Shown: one piece after another, positions 57,183 through 64,000 of the stretch
Position numbering within the stretch: the first letter of the stretch is position 1
Layout: the number at the start of each line of letters is the position of its first letter
Assembly: GCA_000002445.1 (NCBI GenBank)
Contig: CP000068.1
Location: 960,001 to 1,024,000, forward strand
DNA from: Trypanosoma brucei
Lineage: Eukaryota
DNA: 64,000 nucleotides
Direction: 5' to 3'
The notes under the pieces: model-generated
What the model saw: the letters and a program-made list of their open reading frames with translations, nothing else
The model's database searches: none
What the model was told of the DNA's origin: nothing
Position numbers and translations under genes: made by a program

Positions 57183-57300
57183 TCTATTCTTCCCCCTTTT
57201 AAACAACAGCGCGTTGCAGTGTTCCAGGAGTATAAACGTGAAGTGTAGGTATAACAGCAAAGGAAAGTTGAGAAGGGGACTCAGTTGAAAGAGTGAGAGC
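57183..57300 (-). promoter_or_regulatory. minus-strand polypyrimidine tract upstream of the WW/RS gene start (trans-splice acceptor region)
   Basis: The reverse complement reads ctctcactctttcaactgagtccccttctcaactttcctttgctgtt...AG..ATG. Confidence 0.5.
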
Positions 57301-58493
57301 CGGTGTAAACAAACATCACTGGGGATGGAAACCGCCCCCACGGCACAGGGGAAGTATGCGTCAGAACTTGAAGACGCGAGAAACAATGGTACCGCCAAAA
57401 GCCGAAAACAAAGAGGTGGTCGAAGTGACCCGTGGTGGGACATGATTCGCTGTTTAGTACGAAACGAAAAAAAGAGGTAAAAATGTGAGGGACAAAACAA
57501 GAAAGGCGCGTAAACAGGAACGGAGAAGTATTAGCAACCCCGGTAATACTGCAAAACACAATGGGCACCACAGCTACACATTAAGATAGTTTCCATTATT
57601 TTTGCTCACAAGTGGATAATGGAAACCAATAGATACGAACGTCAGGCCTTTAGGCATACAATCTGGTACAGAGAACATGGATTAGACCAACCACTTTGGT
57701 GGCGGCACCCGTAGCTCTCCTTCCAGGCCTCCATCATCACAACCCTCTTTTCCCTACCTCTTCTTCTTTGTGCTCTCCCCTCTTCCTCTTCCTTCCCATT
57801 CCCTCTATCGCAGTGCAGTACACAATGACAGTGGTGTCCATTTACCAACACAACCATCACTGTCCGTTGAAATATAACTGGTAGAAATACCGCTTCGCGA
57901 GGTACGGTGTGCATACACCAGCACTCACGATGTAATACATCAAATCAAACATACAAAATTATTATAACCCCACAATTAAGTGGGAAAATGGGGCCACCAT
58001 TATATGAAAGATTACCAGAACAATGATACCCCCCAAAAAACCAATCCCTTGCATTCAATTCTCATCAGTCATTGACCCAGCGCAGTTTCCCCCCGTTTTT
58101 GTACGATGTGTATATATGTGCACATACATTTGCTCTTATCACCCGCCTTTGCCAATTGCACATCTTACCCCTTTCTTGCTCTCCAAGGCGCTGCTGGGTC
58201 ACACGTTTTCTCACATCTCCCTGTATCAAAACAATCTGTCAACCAGATACCGCACCAGTGATATGGAACGAATACATCGATCATCCACCGCATCACCTTC
58301 GCTATCAGTCAAATCCTACATGCTTTTTTTTCTTCACATCACTCTTATTCGTACAAGGGGAGCACCCGTTGGTCACCATTTCCTTCCTTTTATTATTCGT
58401 AACGCTTTTTACGCTAGCGGGCTCACCCTGAGAAATACACAAGTGTATATATTTCTATGTTTTCACTGGTAGACGGAAACATCTTCTGCTGCA

Positions 58494-61400
58494 TTACAAT
58501 GGCAGCAAGTGAGCACCAGTGGCGAGTGGTGAGAAGGCGCAACACATTGACCACTGCAGGGCCTCACTCTGCGAAATGTAGGAGTCACCATCCTCGAGCC
58601 GAATCGCCGGTCCAACAATTGGTTCAAGAGTCAGGGCAGATTTATGTTGAGTGCACTCTGTCAGGCTAAGATAAGGAAGCACTGCACCAACTACTGAACA
58701 CTCGACTTCCACAGAATGCGGTGAATAGGCAGAAAGATGTGGCTGCGCTTTGGTTAGCTGTCCCATGAGGGAGTGGTCACTCCCAGCGAGCTCTCGGGCT
58801 TTCGTAAAGGCAGGATTCAGTAGTTTGGGGAATCGATAAACCTTTACGCACATCAGGGCAGCAAGAAGGAAGGTTTGTGCAAGAAACTTGCGCGCCACCG
58901 CCGAATGTCTTTTTGTCCCTGCCTCCGGTGGTGTGGCAGTCACCGTCGCGGCCGGTAACGGTATCGCTAGCGGTACTGGCGCTGCGGGTGGTGGTGGTGG
59001 TGGGGGCGTTGCCGGTGGGGCGGAGTCAGTTGAAAGGCCCTGAATTACAAGGGTTACGTAAGACGAGACCGTATATGCTTGCTTTAGATAAAAGACAGTA
59101 TGAGCTCCATCTATGTCTTGCAGCACCACCTGGAAAATGTTGTCGATAAAGCTGCTTATAGTCTGTATAAGGTCCTCGCCTGTTTCAGAACCAATCGGTT
59201 TACTTGGTGACAACACCATGGCGGCGACTTGATTAACAGATGCAAGACCATCATTGGCGTGCTTTTGCTGGATGCTTGCCATGTCGAGGGGGAGTTGGAG
59301 ACGCTTACATTCATTAAGGACCTTTTCATGGAATGTCGTGAGTTTCTGGGCTGCTTGAGTGCCGTTGATATCACCTTCTTTGCTAGCCGCTGAGGTAGCC
59401 ATACCACCTTTACCGCTGCCGATACCCATAATGGGGTTGATCAGTGCGTGCTGATAAAGCGTTAATACCGTGGCAAGACCATCGTATACATTTGACTGTC
59501 GTGTAGCACACACTAGTGCCGTATCCCATTGTTGTTGACTACAAGACTGCAACATAGAGAGTCGATATCCTGCATCTATTGTTGCCAAGTGCTGCAATGG
59601 AACAGTATGAATAAGAAGGTGCGCCAATGTGACGTCCCCGCTGCGGATAAGGTGCATAGCTGCGTCATCGTTAGCACCCTCAGCGAGCAGAGATGCGGCT
59701 ACAATGCGGGGATTGGAGGCATTCTTAAACACCGTTGCTCTGGCATCCATTAATTCCAACGCAGCCCTCGAAGTACCGTTTGTATCAACTGCAGTGTTAT
59801 GCAGCGGCTCCTCGCTCTTCTGTTCGTCCGCTCGCTGCGGACATGTCTTTAATAACACCACGGCCTCATCGAAATTCTTTTCTGACTGCGAGGCAACACA
59901 CCGAGCGGCCACCGCACTTTCCTCCGCCATAATAAAATAACGTACGGCTCGCATGTCCCCTATCTTTTTCATTGCTTCCGCTGCCTTCAGACAAACTGAT
60001 CGCCAAAAGTCTCGACTCACTAGCGGCGCTGCACTGATGGCACTGTCCCATTCCCCCGCTTCCATCATCAGGTCACAGTACTCATTCACCTTCCCCACAA
60101 GTAGCATCCCATTAGCTGCCTCCACCAGCCGTGCACTCTTGTACGCTTCTCCTGCGGCAACGACAGATTTGTTGTGCGCCTTATCCACTGCCAACTTGGC
60201 CCGGGCCGTGTAAATCTCCACCAATTGACTGTGTGGAAGCACCGTACACTCCGCGTGCGAAATATCAGTTGGATTGCTTGCAAGTTTGGCGATCCGCGAG
60301 ATGTCTGCAGCGCCAAAAGGGAACTCGAAGAAATCTGTGATCAGTTCCATTCTCTTCTGGGGGGTGGTGTTACCATCCTTCAACTCTTTGCACAGATGTT
60401 GCAGGACTTCAGCTGCAACCAGTGCTGCATTCCCAGTTGCTGCCGAGGGAGCAGCCATCAGGACAGTATCGTCTGACGTGATGCAGCGGTCCACTGTACC
60501 TAATGATGCCTCCAAACTCAGGTGCCGTAAGAGCCCCATGTACCAAAATGTGACCGCCCCGTCTCTAGCCGCTGCAGCAAACACAAACGGCCGCTGGGGG
60601 TGACTACTGAGGGCCACTACCTCTGAACCGGAACAACGCGCAGAAAACAAATTGGTTTCAGTACGGATGTCCCACAGGCGCAGGGTACAGTCTGCACCGG
60701 CTGAGAGTACGAGATAGGGTGCGGCGTTACACCATGCAACGGCATGAACTCGACCGGTGTGGCCCCGTAACACGCGCGCGCTTACGGATGTTGCGTGGGA
60801 TGTTGTGGTGGACAGGTCCCATAGACGCAATGTCGAGTCGCGGCTACAACTGAGCAGCAGGTGTCCAAAAATCCCATTATAAGCAACGCCAGTAACGGCA
60901 TCCGTGTGACCCGAGAGCACAAGTGTGGGCGATTCCCGGTTAACACTAGTCTGAAACAGAAGAACCTGGCCGTCCTTACAAGCCGCTGAGAAGTTTTTGG
61001 CGTTTCGCGGGTCAAAATCCACTGAAAGAACGACGGTTGGTGTACGGTATCGCCGTAATTCCTTTCCGTCCCTCGCTGCCAGCAAAGAAACACTACCGGA
61101 ATATCCAGCTACGATACAGCTACCCGACTCCACGCGGCTCCACGCAATGCAGGACACAGCACCACTACTCGTGAGTGTTATGCGCCAGTTCTCTCGATGC
61201 GTACTTACATTGTAACTTATAACTAACCCATTGCTAAGTGCAACGGCGATATTTTTACCTGTAGGGCTCCAATCAACGCCCTGGACCGCAACGGTGCCAG
61301 CATAGATCCTTGATTGTAGCTCCAATTGCCTCGTGTTCCACATGTTAACGTTGCCATCGGCACCAGTTGTGGCAAGCACATCTTTGTTGTGGTATGCGTA

Positions 61401-62693
61401 GCGACAACTGTGCAACGTATCTGTATGACTAGGTGGTGTCTGAAACTCTATGTCGTGCCGCTGTGTGCTGTAAACGACAACTCTCCCGTTTTTAAGAGAA
61501 AGAACAATGTGCTCTGATGCAAAAGACACCGCTGAAGCTATAGCGTCCCCTGCTGGAGCTTTTGGAAAATAGTCCTCTAGACCTTTGCATTTACTCTCGG
61601 GGTGGGTCGTAGTCCATACAGGGGCCCACACGTGAGAATGAGTACGGCTTGTGACGGTCCATACACGCAGCTTACTGGACTCACCATCAGTCGTTACGAA
61701 TGTGCCTGCCTGAGCGGGTAAAAATGAAATGGACGTCACCGGTGTATCATGCACCTCAAACACCTGAACAACAGCGGCGGTCGTGACATCCACAACCGCG
61801 AGTGCCCCCTCGGAGGATCCAGCAACAGCATGGTTGATGTTATTTGGGTCGAAGACCAACGACGTAACAGCGTGTGAGCAGGTGTCTTTGTCTCCCTCAC
61901 CGCCGTGTCCAGCGTTGCCAGTTGCGTCAGAAACGGTGACACCAGATTTCCCCTTTTCAGCTGCAGATGAAGAAGTTCTCAAAAACGGCTTTATAGCGTG
62001 ACTCTGCTTTAGTCCGTTTACAGGATGCAAGGAAAACACACACAACAGGCCTCCAGACGTTCCCACAGCAATTACGTCGGGACGCGTGGGTGACGCGCTC
62101 ATGCAACAAACAGCTCCCGCTGTATGGTCATGCTTATGACTTCCACCGTCCGCTGAAACCTTTGCACTGTGTGTTGTAACCCCATCGTGCATATTAGCAG
62201 AAACCACGTAACCTTTTGACGTGCCAAACAAAATATGGTGCTTACCGGAAACAAGCACCTGCCGAGGAGCACCTCCACTTTTGAAGAAATCCTTGACGCT
62301 TTCCAACACCGCCTTACTGTTGAGTAACTCGCAATTCGTTAACTTCCAGACAACTGCATGCGCATCGCTCGTAACGCATGCAACGTACTCGTCGTTAAGG
62401 TGGAACGACATTATTGTTCCTCTAACACCATTGGAAAAGACACGAGAGAGAGGATATGTTGTAACCACCTTCTCATTTCCAGTGGCATTGGGTCCACTGT
62501 AGTTGGAAGAGCCAGGTTGCATCGAGCTCGACCGTCGCGACGTTATCTCGCTGGATTTGTGATTTATTGGATTATATAGATAAATTGAATCCGACGAGCT
62601 GTACGCAATCATATTGTTGTAAGCCATAACGGGAGATGCGCACCGCTGCCCGCAGCCAGCCGTAATGAGCGCAACTGCATTTAGTGGATCCAT
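58494..62693 (-). CDS. WD40-repeat protein (N-terminal ~700 aa, probably two beta-propellers) with C-terminal alpha-helical/TPR-like solenoid
   Basis: ATG verified at 62693. Multiple WD-like blades (e.g. GHTGRVHAVAW...LRLWD, GHTDAVTGVAYN...LRLWD, ...VWKL). The C-terminal half is helical. The architecture resembles IFT/coatomer-type proto-coatomer proteins. Confidence 0.8.
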   Translation of the reverse strand: MDPLNAVALITAGCGQRCASPVMAYNNMIAYSSSDSIYLYNPINHKSSEITSRRSSSMQPGSSNYSGPNATGNEKVVTTYPLSRVFSNGVRGTIMSFHLNDEYVACVTSDAHAVVWKLTNCELLNSKAVLESVKDFFKSGGAPRQVLVSGKHHILFGTSKGYVVSANMHDGVTTHSAKVSADGGSHKHDHTAGAVCCMSASPTRPDVIAVGTSGGLLCVFSLHPVNGLKQSHAIKPFLRTSSSAAEKGKSGVTVSDATGNAGHGGEGDKDTCSHAVTSLVFDPNNINHAVAGSSEGALAVVDVTTAAVVQVFEVHDTPVTSISFLPAQAGTFVTTDGESSKLRVWTVTSRTHSHVWAPVWTTTHPESKCKGLEDYFPKAPAGDAIASAVSFASEHIVLSLKNGRVVVYSTQRHDIEFQTPPSHTDTLHSCRYAYHNKDVLATTGADGNVNMWNTRQLELQSRIYAGTVAVQGVDWSPTGKNIAVALSNGLVISYNVSTHRENWRITLTSSGAVSCIAWSRVESGSCIVAGYSGSVSLLAARDGKELRRYRTPTVVLSVDFDPRNAKNFSAACKDGQVLLFQTSVNRESPTLVLSGHTDAVTGVAYNGIFGHLLLSCSRDSTLRLWDLSTTTSHATSVSARVLRGHTGRVHAVAWCNAAPYLVLSAGADCTLRLWDIRTETNLFSARCSGSEVVALSSHPQRPFVFAAAARDGAVTFWYMGLLRHLSLEASLGTVDRCITSDDTVLMAAPSAATGNAALVAAEVLQHLCKELKDGNTTPQKRMELITDFFEFPFGAADISRIAKLASNPTDISHAECTVLPHSQLVEIYTARAKLAVDKAHNKSVVAAGEAYKSARLVEAANGMLLVGKVNEYCDLMMEAGEWDSAISAAPLVSRDFWRSVCLKAAEAMKKIGDMRAVRYFIMAEESAVAARCVASQSEKNFDEAVVLLKTCPQRADEQKSEEPLHNTAVDTNGTSRAALELMDARATVFKNASNPRIVAASLLAEGANDDAAMHLIRSGDVTLAHLLIHTVPLQHLATIDAGYRLSMLQSCSQQQWDTALVCATRQSNVYDGLATVLTLYQHALINPIMGIGSGKGGMATSAASKEGDINGTQAAQKLTTFHEKVLNECKRLQLPLDMASIQQKHANDGLASVNQVAAMVLSPSKPIGSETGEDLIQTISSFIDNIFQVVLQDIDGAHTVFYLKQAYTVSSYVTLVIQGLSTDSAPPATPPPPPPPAAPVPLAIPLPAATVTATPPEAGTKRHSAVARKFLAQTFLLAALMCVKVYRFPKLLNPAFTKARELAGSDHSLMGQLTKAQPHLSAYSPHSVEVECSVVGAVLPYLSLTECTQHKSALTLEPIVGPAIRLEDGDSYISQSEALQWSMCCAFSPLATGAHLLPL

Positions 62694-63494
62694 CTGTATG
62701 AGTTACAGCGACTGGTGTGCTTTCAAGTTGGTTCTTACTTGAAGTTTCCCCTGTTTTTTTTTCAGATATGTATGTAGGTAGAGTGTAATCACCAAAATCC
62801 TTATCTCCGCACAGTGAGCGACCGATGAAAGTTCGTCCTCCTGTTCCCAACCTGTTGTTGTTATTACTGTACCGGGAATCCTTACTGTTACACCAGTAGG
62901 GGGTGAAGGTGTACGGAACAGAAAGACGAACCTGATCTATGAAGCTATATATTTTCCTTTTAACAACCTATATTTGTTACCCACTCCTTTTCACACAAAT
63001 ATGAGCACAAAAATAATATCTTTGGATCCTTCTATACAAATATGAGTATATATATATATATGTTCCCCCCAAAATATATACCCTTCCTGATATGTGTATC
63101 CTTCGTTTGATCCGTTTCTTATTAAACGGATGTCGCAATGGGTAACACTACTTCCTCTCCTTCACTATAATAACGTATTTTGTTATGTATTTACTTGCCC
63201 CCTGGTTGTTGATAGGTATGCCAATAATCACGCCAACAGCAATATAAAACAAGGGTTGAAGAAGTTAAAGGGGTGAAGAACTAAGGTGAAAGAGTTGTTA
63301 AACAATACCAATCGAATTTTTAACAACTGACGAAAGGAAGATTGAAAAAGTAAAAAAGCATTCCATGAGCAGACCCGTGGCTCCGTTTGTGGGAAGCAAG
63401 GCCAAGCAGCAAGAAAGAAGGGCGAAGCAGCACGCACACTCTAACCACTTAGAAGTCCAACAAAGCTGACGAAAAAAAAAAACTTGATATATAC

Positions 63495-63522
63495 GTGTGT
63501 GTGTGTGTGTGTGTGTGTGTGT
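63495..63522. repeat. (GT)14 microsatellite
   Basis: Read directly from the sequence. Confidence 0.95.
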
Positions 63523-63558
63523 ATTTATGTGCACATACTTCCTTATGTACCTCTCCTT

Positions 63559-64000
63559 TCAGCTGCTAGAGCTTTCATCCCTTTCAAAAAGCATCTGTTG
63601 AAGATCATTCACTTCACACGAAACAACAACACACCAATGGACAACGTCCAGCAGATTCCGCATCGCTGCGGTCCATTCACCATCGCTTACTTCGCCATAC
63701 CGTACCGATAGACCGCCCACTTTCTCTCCCTTTATAGCAAAAGGTGGTGATGACGGAGTAACCCACCCATGTTTCACAACTTCTGCTCTTGTATCTGCAT
63801 TGGCTGCAGTTTCTGACCGGTCGCCCCTTTCGCTGCGCTCCACACACTCACGCAACTGCTGCAGGCGCCGCCCCATCCACACAGTAATCTCACGGACACA
63901 CGAAGCAACACCAAAGCATGCTTTGTCAAACGTCTTTCTCGAGAAAAAATTATCTTTAATGAAAAAGTCAACGGTGATGTTGGGTGCGTCCGGTGGCGCG
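63559..64000 (-). CDS. 3' (C-terminal) fragment of a minus-strand gene whose 5' end lies beyond the window
   Basis: I translated the minus frame from nt 64000 downward and found no stop until 63559. The track M at 63882 is a GTG, so this is not a real start. Confidence 0.45.
   Translation of the reverse strand, partial: APPDAPNITVDFFIKDNFFSRKTFDKACFGVASCVREITVWMGRRLQQLRECVERSERGDRSETAANADTRAEVVKHGWVTPSSPPFAIKGEKVGGLSVRYGEVSDGEWTAAMRNLLDVVHWCVVVSCEVNDLQQMLFERDESSSS

Noticed and set aside
1-64000. Prokaryotic-style novel system (operon, defence island, CRISPR)
   Set aside because: The window shows intronless polycistronic eukaryotic organisation. The genes are eukaryote-specific (eIF2-beta, SUMO, SEC11, ePKs, WW/RS protein), there are no Shine-Dalgarno-spaced overlapping gene clusters, and there are no direct-repeat/spacer arrays.

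Overview
This window is eukaryotic: a kinetoplastid (Trypanosoma brucei-group-like) nuclear chromosome segment. It is not prokaryotic and has no operon or CRISPR structure. Genes are densely packed, intronless and co-directional, separated by AT-rich intergenic regions with polypyrimidine tracts (trans-splice acceptor signals) and many (TA)n/(CA)n microsatellites. Three + strand genes (1-3178) form the tail of one polycistronic unit. From 7329 to the window end there are about 18 - strand genes, so 3.2-7.3 kb is a convergent strand-switch (transcription termination) region. I found no convincing gene or tRNA inside it. Recognisable products are eIF2-beta, SUMO, signal peptidase SEC11, a LYR-motif-like protein, a WD40/alpha-solenoid protein and a WW-like/RS-domain protein. 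The two most notable loci are (i) a tandem pair of divergent receptor-like protein kinases (signal peptide, kelch-type beta-propeller ectodomain, one TM helix, ePK domain with large low-complexity inserts) and (ii) an SPX-domain fused to a catalytically degenerate PRPP-synthetase-like domain. The supplied ORF track uses TTG/GTG as start codons, so I re-checked every start on the sequence and trimmed to the first ATG where needed.
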